NCBI GenBank assembly: GCA_965197905.1
Contig: CBDAOB010000005.1
Coordinates: 416,001 to 480,000, forward strand
DNA from: Candidatus Latescibacterota bacterium
GTDB taxonomy: Bacteria > Latescibacterota > UBA2968 > UBA8231
Direction of reading: 5' to 3'
Length of the DNA: 64,000 nt
In this document: positions 9,325-19,679 of the stretch, piece after piece
Layout: every line of letters starts with the position of its first letter
How positions within the stretch are numbered: the stretch's first letter is position 1
Program-made: the position numbers and the translations under genes
The notes under the pieces: model-generated
What the model saw: only the letters and a program-made list of their open reading frames with translations
Database searches by the model: none
What the model was told of the DNA's origin: nothing

Positions 9325-10314
9325 TCAGGAATATATCGCGTCAGTGCTCCGCATCGCGAAGCCGATACCGCAACTGAACTCTTCGAAGCCAACACTTTTA
9401 CAACTCAGAACAGCTTCTTCGTCGTCGGCCGAAACTTCGAGGTCGATGATTCGGACCGACTCCTGTGTTTGCGCCCTTCGCAACACGTAGGCCAGGAGTT
9501 GGTCGCGCAATCCGGCCCGCCCCTCCTCTTGATCGACGCAGGGATAAGTCACACGGCAGAATTCGGAGCCCGCGGTAGTCGCCAGGGCCGTGTACCCTAC
9601 GGGTCCGTTGGCGCCTTCGGCAATGAAGATTTCATCGGACTCCCACTGGCGCTGGACCTGTTCCATGCGTCGTTGTTGCCAGGTTTTGCCGGCCAGCGTC
9701 CCGAACCTGGCTTCCATCAAACGTTGGGGACAGAAGTGAGCAGCGGGATCTTGAACCGCGATCTCCATAACGCCCTCAAGATCTGCCGGCCTTGCCGTTC
9801 TGATCTTCGCGTCGGACGCCAGGTCACCTTCCAAACTCTCCGGATCCAACAGGTCTATCCAGTTTGAAAAGGACATCTGCCGGTAAACTTCGGTGAACCC
9901 AACCTTCTCGTAGACCCGGCGAGCCGGCCTGTCGTGAACCAGGGTGGAGACAGAAAGAATCTCCTCGGACTCTTTCTCGATCAGTTCGCGAACAACATGG
10001 CGGGCCATGTGCGTGCCGATGCCGCGGCCCTGATAGGCCGGATCGACCGCGTTGGCACTGAGTTGCTCGATCCCATACTCCTCGTGGGGGATCGAGCTAT
10101 AGTAACCCACCACCTGCCCCCCTTCCTCAGCCACCAACACCCGATTCAAATGTTGCTCGCAGAGGCTTCGCACTGACCTTGCCTTATCCGCGATTCCACC
10201 GCCGATTCCATAACGCTTTTTTATGGCTTCCGCGGCGCAGTAAGGTCCGAAGGAGTCGAAGGTGATTTGATAGATTCGATCCAGGTCCTTTGCGGTCGCT
10301 TGTCGTAGGATCAT
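9325..10314 (-). CDS. Tandem GNAT N-acetyltransferase
   Basis: Motifs ILRQAT..DL, AVDPAYQGRGIGT and ARRVYEKVGF. A second GNAT repeat follows (KIRTARPADL...KSVGF). Confidence 0.88.
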   Translation of the reverse strand: MILRQATAKDLDRIYQITFDSFGPYCAAEAIKKRYGIGGGIADKARSVRSLCEQHLNRVLVAEEGGQVVGYYSSIPHEEYGIEQLSANAVDPAYQGRGIGTHMARHVVRELIEKESEEILSVSTLVHDRPARRVYEKVGFTEVYRQMSFSNWIDLLDPESLEGDLASDAKIRTARPADLEGVMEIAVQDPAAHFCPQRLMEARFGTLAGKTWQQRRMEQVQRQWESDEIFIAEGANGPVGYTALATTAGSEFCRVTYPCVDQEEGRAGLRDQLLAYVLRRAQTQESVRIIDLEVSADDEEAVLSCKSVGFEEFSCGIGFAMRSTDAIYS

Positions 10315-10420
10315 CGCTTGACTTCCGGGGGAGCTTCGCTTGCTTTTGGCTCTCTTGGGTTGACAATGAGTGTACGACAGAAATGGGGACAAGCGCCACA
10401 CCTGAACTAATAGATCCTCG

Positions 10421-13173
10421 ATGAGCAAGAACCGAGGAGATGCTTTACCCTATCGTGGGCTGTCTTTTGGACTGGCTGTTCTCGCTGCTGCCACGTAGGC
10501 TCTCGCCGAACCCTCCTCCAAGGTAGAACTGTCCCAGGTCCAACCAAGAAGCTTCTATCTTCGGCAAGAGCGTCCAACCTACCGCAACTTCGTCACGCAA
10601 CCATTCCTCAACTATCGGTACGAGGAACCCCCGTACGACGACGTCCCGCGAACCTACTACGGACCCCTGGGCAACCGGCTGATCCACGGATACGACTTCT
10701 ATACCTGGCGCGAGCTGCGCATGCCCGGTCTCAGCTGCGAGGGCCGTCGGGGGCAGGTTTGCGGCAGCACGATCGACATCTATGGAGGTGGCAGTGGCTC
10801 CCATGTGGTCGGTACCGACGGCTACAGCGGCTGGGGGTACAGCTTCAGCGCCGGCACCGCCGGCTTCACGCGCTTCACTCCGCTGACGGTTTCGCGCTCC
10901 GGTCCCGACGGCACCCGATTCGATCTGTACACGCCGCACCTGAAGACCTCGACCCTCTTTTCACGGCAGTTGGAGGAACGCGGCCGGGGGCAGCTGATGT
11001 GGCTCAATCGCGCCCAGTTCGAGATCGGCGCGGTAACTCTCGGTTTGAACTTTACCAATTGGCATAACTACGACTCCAACGTGCCGGGCAACAGCATGAA
11101 GGGCCGTCTGGTCACCGACGACCACGGCTATTTTCAACACCGATGGACCTACACCGAGCTCCATCCGGTTAGCTGGATCTTCATTCGATTTTCCGACGAC
11201 TCGCCCGACGACCGGGTAGGGGGACCGATTGTCCAGGAGGTCGAGCTGTTGGTCAATGGTCAGCGCCGGCCGGATCTGCGGCCGGTGGTGATACGTCACC
11301 GCGTCGGAGAGAGCACGTCGGTCGGAAGGATTTCATCCGTGACTGGCGAATTCCGGCCTCTTCCCTCCGCCCCCGGGCGCACGGGGGCGCCGCACGCCGA
11401 CTATTTCTCCCGCATCGATCACGAGCGAGGCATCGATGTGAGCGGCAACGTCGATGTGGAAAACCTGGTTCGCAAATTCGTGTTGGAGAATCCCGACCAG
11501 GTGTTCTATGCCGGGGCCGACGAAGGTCTGGTTTTCCTCTTCGATTTGTCAGACGAGCCAACGGTGCGACAGGTGGAGGTGGAGGTGGAGGCGGTGGTTG
11601 GCAACGACTATCGGATCGAAGAATCGATGGTGAAGGAGGTGAGCCCGCGGGCGAAGGACCACATCAGCCGTTACGCCGCCGATTCGTTCGAGACCCTGGT
11701 GCGGTCTCCCGGCAACGTCCGCGACGGCTCAAATCTGAAGGGGATCCGCTTCAAGGTAGGGGGCATGTGGACCGGCCAGTTCGTATACGGGACCGATCTG
11801 AACATCGAGCTGCCCTATCTGCAGATCAATGCGGAATACGCGCGCACGACCATCTACCGACGTTACCCTGCTATGATCGACGGGGAGCCCGACTACAACC
11901 GGAGTCCGCGGCAACGAGGCGGGGATGCAGCCTATTTCGTCAATGCGACGCACTGGTTCAGCGGCGGCCTGGTCGGGGCCGAGTATTACGTCATGAATCC
12001 GGAGTTCGTCAACGATACCATCGATGACAACGACGACGGAGACATCCTTCCGGACATGTTCGAGCGGCCGTGGAACGGCGTCTACGTCGGTCAGGATCGG
12101 GACAACGACGGCTTGCCCGACATCAATCGGGACGGAGACCGGCTACCCGATTATGTCGAGCCGTTCTTGATGTACGACGTCGAACCGAACGAGTTCGTCT
12201 ACGGCATCGATCGCAACCACAACGATGAACCCGACTACCGGGAAGATGATGTGGAGCGGGACTATCCTTACGACCCCGATCAGAAAGGGTATCACCTCTT
12301 CGGTCAGCTCGATTTAAGGCGCTACTGGTCGTTGGCTGCGGGTCACTACGTCAGCGAGCAGATCGCGGGGGACGGCCGCAACCAAACAAGCTACACCCTG
12401 CTCACCTATCAGCGACAGGGGGTACGCCGTTTGCGTCAGCTGTTCTTCGAAAGCGGCGTGCGACGGGTTCAGGATGATATCCGGGATGACTACATGGTTT
12501 TTCTGGAGGACCGGGCTTTCCGCGGTGGCGGCGGCAACACCTTTCTCAGCCAGTTGCGCGAGGATCCTCTCGAGTATCAGGACAGTTACGTCAATGAGAC
12601 CAATCTGGAACTTTGGGTGCGTCCCTGGCAAACGTTGAACGTGGTACAGAAGACACGACTCCGTCTAAACTGGCAGCAGGGCCAGCGGCTATCGACAACC
12701 GGGCTAGGGGGCGACCGGGTGCTGGATTACCGTACCTGGGTCAGCCGCGCCGACTACACCTGGCATTGGGGCAGGCTAAGTCTGCAGCCAAAATTCAAAT
12801 TCATGCTGCTGCGCCTGGCCGACCGTCGGCGCAACCAGACCTTGCGTTACGAGATCGACACAAATCCGATCTTGCAGCTGAGCTACGAGCTTATGAGTTG
12901 GACGCTGCTGCGGTTCGGGTTACAAGGGTGGGGACCGATACCGTACCGCTTTGAGAATAGGACACGCAAATTTCAGAACTTCGAGCGCCGGACGGTGTTG
13001 GGTTCGGTGACCAACCGTTCGATGTATCTTGGCTATGAGCTTTACACCATCGTCGGATTGAGAAGGACGCGGTGAAGTTCGATGCGCCTACCAGACGCGA
13101 AGATAATATCGAGGGATTTTCGTTTTTCATTCGCTCGCTAATTGGCTTCACCGAGTTCGGTCCGCTGCTCTGA
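10421..13173 (+). pseudogene. Large secreted/outer-membrane protein with acidic Ca-binding-like repeats, disrupted
   Basis: ATG 10421 gives MSKNRGDALPYRGLSFGLAVLAAAT*ALAEP, with an in-frame TAG at 10496-98, then continues in frame into ORF 10721-13075. A 1-nt shift near 13060 restores DAVKFDAPTRREDNIEGFSFFIRSLIGFTEFGPLL* (TGA 13171-73). Paralogous to 61895-64000. Confidence 0.7.
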
Positions 13174-13249
13174 GGGATGTCCTATATGGTTCGCGCGAGG
13201 GGTTGGCAGCGATACGGGCAGGCAATTGTGGGAAGGCGGCCAACCGTTT

Positions 13250-14185
13250 TCACACGGGTGGCCGCATGGGAATCTCCTCGGGAGCTTGCATCTCGGCACT
13301 CATTACCGAATAGCGTTCGTTTTTCCGGTGGGCGTATCCCGCATGAATCCCATCGCGATCCATCGCGATCATCGCGATGTGGTCTGTGTAAGGATCGTGG
13401 AGATCGCGCAGGTCTAACAGCGCCTCTTTCAGGGCTCCTTCGAGATCCATTCCCATCTTCATATACAGAACAATGCTCCGGGCTCCGGCCGTGCGCAGCA
13501 CCACCTCGCCCGTTCCCGTCGATGCCGCCGCCCCCCAACGGTTGTCAGCATAAGAACCGGCGCACACGACGGGTGAATCACCCAACCTGCCCGGATAACC
13601 CCAAGGCCAGCCGCTAGTGCTGACGGCCGACGCCAGGTTGCCTTCGCGATCCTGGGCGAGAAAATTCACCGTTCCGTGGGGCTCTTCCGGTTCCCAGCCG
13701 GCCATAGGTTCGTTGAGGCCGCGGACTACCTCGGTGAGGTCGGAATGGTCGCCAAGTTCCGCCGCGTCCAGCTCCGGAAAACGTTTCGACAAACCTTCCC
13801 GCCATCGATTCCGGGCTTCAGGTGTAAGCAGGTCGGCCGATTCCTGCGCGACTTCCCGCGCAAAACGCTCGGCACCATCACCGATGAGAAAGACGTGGGG
13901 GCTCTCTTCCATGACCTTGCGTGCCAGGGAGATTACGTGAATGTAGCTGCGTACGGACCCCACGGCGCCGGCGCGCAGGGTCTTGCCATCCATAATGGCG
14001 GCATCCAGCCTCACCTCGCCGAGGACGTTGGGAAGACCTCCCAGACCGACGCTACGGTCCTTGGGGTTGAGCTCCACCAGGCGAGTGCCGGCTTCGACGG
14101 CGTCTACGGCGGTGCCGCCTTCTTTCATTACCTTCATCGCCGCCGGTAATCCGAGTTTGCCGTTGATGCTACTGACGACGATCAA
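13250..14185 (-). CDS. Isoaspartyl peptidase/L-asparaginase (glycosylasparaginase-like Ntn hydrolase)
   Basis: Motifs AVDAVE, SVGLGG.PN..G...LDAAIMDG, HGTV (Thr nucleophile), STSG...YPGRLGDSP and TGTGE. Confidence 0.92.
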   Translation of the reverse strand: MIVVSSINGKLGLPAAMKVMKEGGTAVDAVEAGTRLVELNPKDRSVGLGGLPNVLGEVRLDAAIMDGKTLRAGAVGSVRSYIHVISLARKVMEESPHVFLIGDGAERFAREVAQESADLLTPEARNRWREGLSKRFPELDAAELGDHSDLTEVVRGLNEPMAGWEPEEPHGTVNFLAQDREGNLASAVSTSGWPWGYPGRLGDSPVVCAGSYADNRWGAAASTGTGEVVLRTAGARSIVLYMKMGMDLEGALKEALLDLRDLHDPYTDHIAMIAMDRDGIHAGYAHRKNERYSVMSAEMQAPEEIPMRPPV

Positions 14186-14188
14186 GTG

Positions 14189-15082
14189 TTATTTTCCTTT
14201 CATTTTCGCTTCGTCGATTCTCGGCACGAGTTCGTCGATATAGGTTTTGAGCAACCCCAGGGTGGAAGCTTTATAGGCGTCGACGTCGACGACAAGGGTT
14301 CTCACATCCCTGTTCTGCGCCTCGAAGCTCTCCACCCACCCCCTCTCATCGAACCAGTAGTTATGGCCTCCATAGAGCTTGCCACCCATCTTCTTGTCAG
14401 TGTGAAAGGAGAAGTAGGTCTGGCCAAAGGTCGGTTCATCGACCAGTCGCAGAAGGGGAATGGCATTCAGATGCTCTTGGCTGTTCTTCACCGAGATATC
14501 CCACTCCAGAAAGTCGATTACTGCCGTTAGGGAGAGGGACAACTTGCCTTCCTTGCCACCCAGGTTGTGGCTGAGATGGGCGTAGTCGCCGGCGGAGGCC
14601 TTGTGTCCCAAATAGGCGGTGTTTACCCCTCTCGACCAGGTTCCAATGCGGTAATCATCCGGATTTTCGGGTTTATGGTAGTACGGACTCCCCGTATTGA
14701 TGCCAGCGTCGTTGCCCTTTTTCTTGGCGAATTTCTTGTAGGTTTTGGTTTCCGCAATGGCGGTGGAATCATAGGCGTGAACCGTAAAGCCTTTAGCCTG
14801 TAGCTGAGCTTTCAGATAGATATGGGCAGCACTGGTAATGTCCATCGCTGTTTCTTCCGTCAAATCGAGCTCAACCCGCATTCGTGTTACCTGGCCCGAT
14901 TTCTGCCTGGCCGTTCGGTACCACACGCAGAACTGACCGATATGGATCTCCTTGGGAGCTTTCTTGAAGAGCTTCGTACTCCCGATTTTCATGCCCTTGT
15001 TCACCGAGCTCTCGATCTTGACAGCCGCGATCAAGTCCGACGCTCCGAACAGGAGCACGGCTAGCGCAATAACCCTTTTCAA
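14189..15082 (-). CDS. Hypothetical secreted protein (Lys-rich)
   Basis: TTG 15082 after AAGGAG. Signal peptide KRVIALAVLLFGASDLIA. Confidence 0.7.
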   Translation of the reverse strand: MKRVIALAVLLFGASDLIAAVKIESSVNKGMKIGSTKLFKKAPKEIHIGQFCVWYRTARQKSGQVTRMRVELDLTEETAMDITSAAHIYLKAQLQAKGFTVHAYDSTAIAETKTYKKFAKKKGNDAGINTGSPYYHKPENPDDYRIGTWSRGVNTAYLGHKASAGDYAHLSHNLGGKEGKLSLSLTAVIDFLEWDISVKNSQEHLNAIPLLRLVDEPTFGQTYFSFHTDKKMGGKLYGGHNYWFDERGWVESFEAQNRDVRTLVVDVDAYKASTLGLLKTYIDELVPRIDEAKMKGK

Positions 15083-15155
15083 GAGAAGTCTCCTTGCTTG
15101 CTGCTGGACACCCCGGTAGCTTCCGTGCGGATTAGGGTATACATCCCACCCGTTC

Positions 15156-15880
15156 TCAACAACCCAGAATCTTGGACAGGTGGTTGAAATCCTCCGCGAA
15201 GAGGTCAAACTCCGGATTGGCGTCCACATCCCGCGCTCTCCCCGGACCAAACTCACCTGGACGCGCCACCAGAGCCGTCGCAAGACCAGCTTCTTTTGCT
15301 CCGCGAAGATCCGAAGAGTGAGCTGCTACCATGAGCACCTTGTTGCACGGCAACCCGAGCAATTCAGCCGCACGTCGGTAGACCCGAGCGTCCGGCTTGT
15401 AACAACCGGCCAGCTCGGAAGACAACACGCAGTCCCACGGCAAGCCGCCAAATTTTGCCATGTTGGTCAACAAGCTGATGTTGCCGTTGGAGAGGGCAGC
15501 CACCACAAATTTCGACTTCAGGCGAGTAAGGCCTTCAACGGCTTCCGGCCAAGGGTCCAATCGGTGCCATGCTCGGTTCAGATCCTGTTTCTCTGATTCC
15601 GACAACCTCTCTGCCATGCCGTAGTCGTTGAGCAGAAGATCCAGCCGTTCGCGGTGTATCTCGTCGACGAGTTTCATTCGTCTTTGCCGGCATTGATCTC
15701 CGCCATCCCCGAGTTATAGCCTTCTCTCCAGCGGTCGGCGAATTCCTCCCAGTCCGCTTCCAGTCCAAGGCGAGCCCCGACTTCGGCTACTTGCCGTGAA
15801 ATCGAGCTGCGCCAATCGACGACCGTGCCGAAGACGTCGAAGGTGAGCGCTTCTACCTGGTCTATGTCTGCCACGGCCAA
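15156..15880 (-). pseudogene. Haloacid dehalogenase type II, split by a 1-nt frameshift
   Basis: The N part has ALTFDVFGTVVDWR and the C part has LSNGN, YKPD and MVAAH..DL. At the junction, gaa tga aac is repaired by one G to gaa tgg aaa ctc (EWKL) near 15676. Confidence 0.85.
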
Positions 15881-15986
15881 TTGATGCCTCCTGGTAGTGG
15901 ACTTTCTAGATGGTATATTATCCCGAATTCAAGCTGTTACCCAGAGCGCAGTCAACACGAGGACGACCTCACAGAAAGGCCGAGCC

Positions 15987-18221
15987 ATGGCAAAACGCGT
16001 CGGATCCACCGCCCAGCGTCTGAAAGAGCTTCCCTACGACAAACGCGTCTGTCGCATCGAGCACTATCCCACCAGCCTCCAAATGGACGAGATCACCGGA
16101 AAGAGGGACAAATCGCGACCTTACGCTTCCATGGAAGAAGAGGTCGATGCGATCGCCGATGCCGGCACAGAGGTGTGGTCAATCACCTGTTATGCCAGCC
16201 GAGGCATCCCCATGTTTCCATCCAAGATCCTAACGCCGCCCGACAATCTGGATCTGGAGGCGATTCCCCGTTTCCTCGATCTCGCCCACGAGCGCGGCAT
16301 AATCGTTCTGACCTATTACCCCTTCATATTCAACCACCAGTTGAAAGACATCCATCCGGAGTGGGCGATCAAGATGCTGGACGATGGCGGGGAAGAGGTA
16401 TGGGACGAAGGCTGGTCATGCTGGAACTCGCCGTTCCGCGATTGGCTCCCCGAACTACTGAGCGAGGGGCTCGATCATCTCGATTTCGACGGCATATACT
16501 TCGACGACATGAACTGGGGTACCCACTCCGACGCGGGTCAGCGCCGGGTCGGAGGATGTCATTGCGACTTTTGTCGCCAGCAGCTTCGGGAAGAGACCGG
16601 GCTCGAGCTGCAGCAGAAGGTCGACATGGATTCGGTGGATTTCAGGCGTTACGTCAACTGGCGCTATGACAAATTCGTCGACGCTATGGCGCACTTCTCT
16701 ACAAAGCTACACGAGAGCCATCCCGACGCTATCGTCGATTGGAACTACTACTGCCGACCCTACGGAACCCCCGATACCGGCTGGATGACGGCGCACCCGC
16801 TGAATCCGATGGATGTGGGCAGCTTTCAGTTTGTGGAGGCCGGTCTCGACAATTTGGGCTCGGGCATACCTACCAAGATCTGTCAGGCGCTGGGAGAGAA
16901 GACCTTCGGGATCTGGCTGTGGGCAACGCAGACGCTTGTGGAGTGCATCTCGCACAGTGCTCCGTATCCCGAGCCTCATATTCCCCTAATCTATGGTCTC
17001 AATGCCGTCGCCCACGGCGGCGGATCGGTCACCACCTGCCTCGATGCCGGCGACCACTCCATTCACGGGGATACGCTTAAGTCGGTATTCAGCGAGCTCG
17101 TCAGGTTGCGCGATCATATCGGGGAAGAAACGGTCAAGTACCTCGCGCTGCACGTATCGCAGCAGACGCGAGATTTCGCGCCACCTTACTGCCACGAACC
17201 GGATCTCTGGTGGCGGCAGCTGCGCGGCAGTCACGAGATGATGAGTCGCTCCCATGTGCTCATGGATTATCTCTTCGATCGCCGCCTGACGGATAAGAAA
17301 ACACTGTCGCAATACACTGTCCTGTTTCTTTCGAACAGCGCTTGCCTGTCGAGCGCGGAGGCGGACGCCATTCGGTCCTTCGCCAACGATGGCGGCACCG
17401 TGGTCGCCACGCATCAGACTTCGTTGTGCGACGAGCTTGGGCAACAGCAGGACGACTTTCAGTTGGCCGATCTCTTCGGCGTCACTTACAAAGCTGAGTT
17501 GGTTCCGGCGACCGAGGATGACGAGGCCAATAGCGGTCAGATGAAACTCTATGGCCGCACCAGCCGCACCAACGCCTGCATCTATGTTCCTCAGTCCGAC
17601 GAGATGCGCGAGCGTTTCGGAAGGGTAATCTGCTTCGGGGCACCGGATTCAATCGTCGAGCTGACCGCGGGCAGTTCGGCGGAGGTGCTGTGCACAAGGA
17701 GCAGTCTAAATTGGGAGGAGGGACCGCCTTTGCAAAATTTCTACACCGGCATGGAGTTCGATTCGGGGGAGCCGGCGGTTACCGTCAACAACTACGGCAA
17801 GGGAAAAGCGATATACATCTGCGGCGATGTCGGTTCCGGATACGATCTGAATCCGTTGCCGCAACTGAAAAGATTCGTGGCAAGTCTGCTGGAAACAACA
17901 GCCGCACCCATCGAGGTTGATGGCCCCCGAGTGATCGAGTTGAGCGCTACCTGGCGCGGCGAGAAGGAGGTCAGCGTACATCTGTTGAACAACCCGCTTC
18001 CAATGCTGCCTTGGTCGATATCGGCCGCGAATCACCGATCTTACTTCTATCTGGAAGAAGTGGCCCCGGTGCACAATGTGATGTTGAGGTTCAACGGCTT
18101 CACAGTGAAGAAAGCGACTGCGCCCTTGACCAAACAGAAGCTGAAAGTGGAAAACAACGGATCGACAGTAACGGTTCCAGTGGTCGGGCCGCACGAACTG
18201 GTAAGCTTGAGCTTAGCTTAG
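15987..18221 (+). CDS. GHL6/GH42-like glycoside hydrolase with beta-galactosidase trimerization (GATase-like) domain
   Basis: TIM-barrel motifs HPEW, CWNSPFR, FDGIYFDD and CHCDFC. Trimerization-domain motifs LSQYTVLFL..CLS...IRSFANDGGTVVAT..TSL.DE.G and LADLFGV. Confidence 0.75.
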   Translation: MAKRVGSTAQRLKELPYDKRVCRIEHYPTSLQMDEITGKRDKSRPYASMEEEVDAIADAGTEVWSITCYASRGIPMFPSKILTPPDNLDLEAIPRFLDLAHERGIIVLTYYPFIFNHQLKDIHPEWAIKMLDDGGEEVWDEGWSCWNSPFRDWLPELLSEGLDHLDFDGIYFDDMNWGTHSDAGQRRVGGCHCDFCRQQLREETGLELQQKVDMDSVDFRRYVNWRYDKFVDAMAHFSTKLHESHPDAIVDWNYYCRPYGTPDTGWMTAHPLNPMDVGSFQFVEAGLDNLGSGIPTKICQALGEKTFGIWLWATQTLVECISHSAPYPEPHIPLIYGLNAVAHGGGSVTTCLDAGDHSIHGDTLKSVFSELVRLRDHIGEETVKYLALHVSQQTRDFAPPYCHEPDLWWRQLRGSHEMMSRSHVLMDYLFDRRLTDKKTLSQYTVLFLSNSACLSSAEADAIRSFANDGGTVVATHQTSLCDELGQQQDDFQLADLFGVTYKAELVPATEDDEANSGQMKLYGRTSRTNACIYVPQSDEMRERFGRVICFGAPDSIVELTAGSSAEVLCTRSSLNWEEGPPLQNFYTGMEFDSGEPAVTVNNYGKGKAIYICGDVGSGYDLNPLPQLKRFVASLLETTAAPIEVDGPRVIELSATWRGEKEVSVHLLNNPLPMLPWSISAANHRSYFYLEEVAPVHNVMLRFNGFTVKKATAPLTKQKLKVENNGSTVTVPVVGPHELVSLSLA

Positions 18222-18319
18222 CGCGGCGCAAACGCGAGCTCGATTTCAAGGTGCCGTTCATGCTCGCACAGGACGTGGCGGACCGAACCCAATAAACTCG
18301 CGTACGGTCCTGGGGTTTC

Positions 18320-18813
18320 ATGGAAGATCGAACCTACGTGGAAACCTTTGCGGACGGGCCGGGAGGATGGCTCGGATGGGATGCCAACGGGCCACGCCAA
18401 CTGGAATTAGCTGACGGAGCCGCTCTCAGCAGTGGACCTTGGTGGGTGGACAGCAACCATGCCCCGCCGGGCGGCGGTTACCTCCATCTTCTTTATTGCC
18501 TCCATACTCACAGCAGATTCTACGCCATGCGGAACTTCGCCAAGCTCCGTGGGGTCAATCGCTTTATCGCCGGCGGGTTCCCACGCTTGACGTAGCCGCT
18601 CTTGAACCGTTTGCGGGGGATCTCCACCATGTGCGCGCCGAGAATGACTACGAGGTGGACCGTTCGCGTCTTCCAAGCGGTCACGTGCTGCTGCACGAGG
18701 TGCGCATCGAGTTTGCCCGCTACCGCGTCGTTTCACTTCGTTGTTGGCAACTCATGCTAGTATTTATTGAGGAAGCGCTGGGAGGTGCACTGCCAGCACC
18801 TCGCAACCATTAA
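18320..18813 (+). pseudogene. Conserved hypothetical protein remnant, probably internally deleted/frameshifted
   Basis: MEDRTYVETFADGPGGW...WWVDSNHAPPGGGYLHLL ends at 18595. The protein-like tail LDVAALEP...LPSGHVLLHEVRIEF continues in another frame from ~18588. Confidence 0.5.
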
Positions 18814-18871
18814 TTTATAACCTTATGTTTATACTGTATTTAGGATCCTATTTTGAGCTTCCAAATGCGCT

Positions 18872-18886
18872 TGGCACAGCGCTTGC
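18872..18886 (+). promoter_or_regulatory. Sigma54 (RpoN) -24/-12 promoter
   Basis: TGGCAC-agcgc-TTGC matches the TGGCAC-N5-TTGC consensus. It is preceded by an AT-rich tract (18810-18855) and lies 46 nt upstream of ATG 18933. Confidence 0.8.
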
Positions 18887-18932
18887 CTAGGTTAGAGTTG
18901 GCAGTCCACACCCACCCAATCGGAGGTGTTTG

Positions 18933-19679
18933 ATGACTGACGAATCCACCGAAATTCGCGTCGGTGAGAGACCACCCAAATTCTCACTGCCACAGATTGG
19001 CACCGACCGATCTTGCTGCCTCGAAGACTTCGGTGGGCGACCGACAGTCCTGTTCATGTGGGCATCGTGGTGACGCTGCAGATCGCAACTGCCTGGATGG
19101 CAGTCATTCCACCTTCAGCACGGTGACACCAGCAACATCGTGTCTATCGCACAAGATGCCCAAGGCGAGGGCTTCGTAACGCCCTGGCTGGAAAAGGCGA
19201 ACACTACCTTTCCGACGCTCCTCGACCGGCACAATCAGATCGGCAAGGCGTACGGAGTGAAGTACGTGCCCGTTGGCGTTCTTATCGATGCAGACGGCTT
19301 GCTTGTGCGTCCGGTCAGCATGGTGGACATTCGCGATCCCGCCTTTCAGCTCGAGCTGGAGGAGTGGGTCACTAGCGGGATCCTCCCCCCTAGCTGGAAA
19401 GATGGATCGAGCAGAGGGTCGACGTCACTGAGTCCCTCCGAGCAACAGTCGGATGAGCATTTGCAGAATGCAGTCAAACATCTGGACAACGACGATCGGG
19501 AAGCAGCTCTCGAGGAGCTGCAGGAGGCGGTCACTCTGGATCCAGAGAACTGGTTGATTCGCAAGCAAAGGTGGGCTATCGAAAAACCGGAAGCCTTCTA
19601 TAAAGGCGAGGTGGATTACGAGTGGCAAAAATCGCGCATAGAGTCCGAGAACAAACAGGATCGGAGTGATTCCGGATGA
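18933..19679 (+). CDS. Probable selenoprotein: TlpA/AhpC-TSA redoxin (WASW-U-RC) with C-terminal TPR-like region
   Basis: RBS GGAGGT and ATG 18933 give MTDESTEIRVGERPPKFSLP...RPTVLFMWASW[TGA 19071-73]RCRSQLPGWQ, in frame with ORF 19140-19679. A hairpin follows the TGA. Confidence 0.82.
19088..19104 (+). promoter_or_regulatory. Putative bacterial SECIS element
   Basis: Stem actgcc/ggcagt with loop tggat (G at loop position 2). The loop begins ~20 nt after the UGA. Confidence 0.65.

Noticed and set aside
10496..10498. Pyrrolysine or TAG reassignment
   Set aside because: TAG terminates many normal genes here (3396, 8310, 18221). The codon lies in a signal peptide, and the same gene has a second lesion.
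15674..15676. TGA in the HAD gene as selenocysteine
   Set aside because: The downstream half is in a different frame, so readthrough would not restore the protein.
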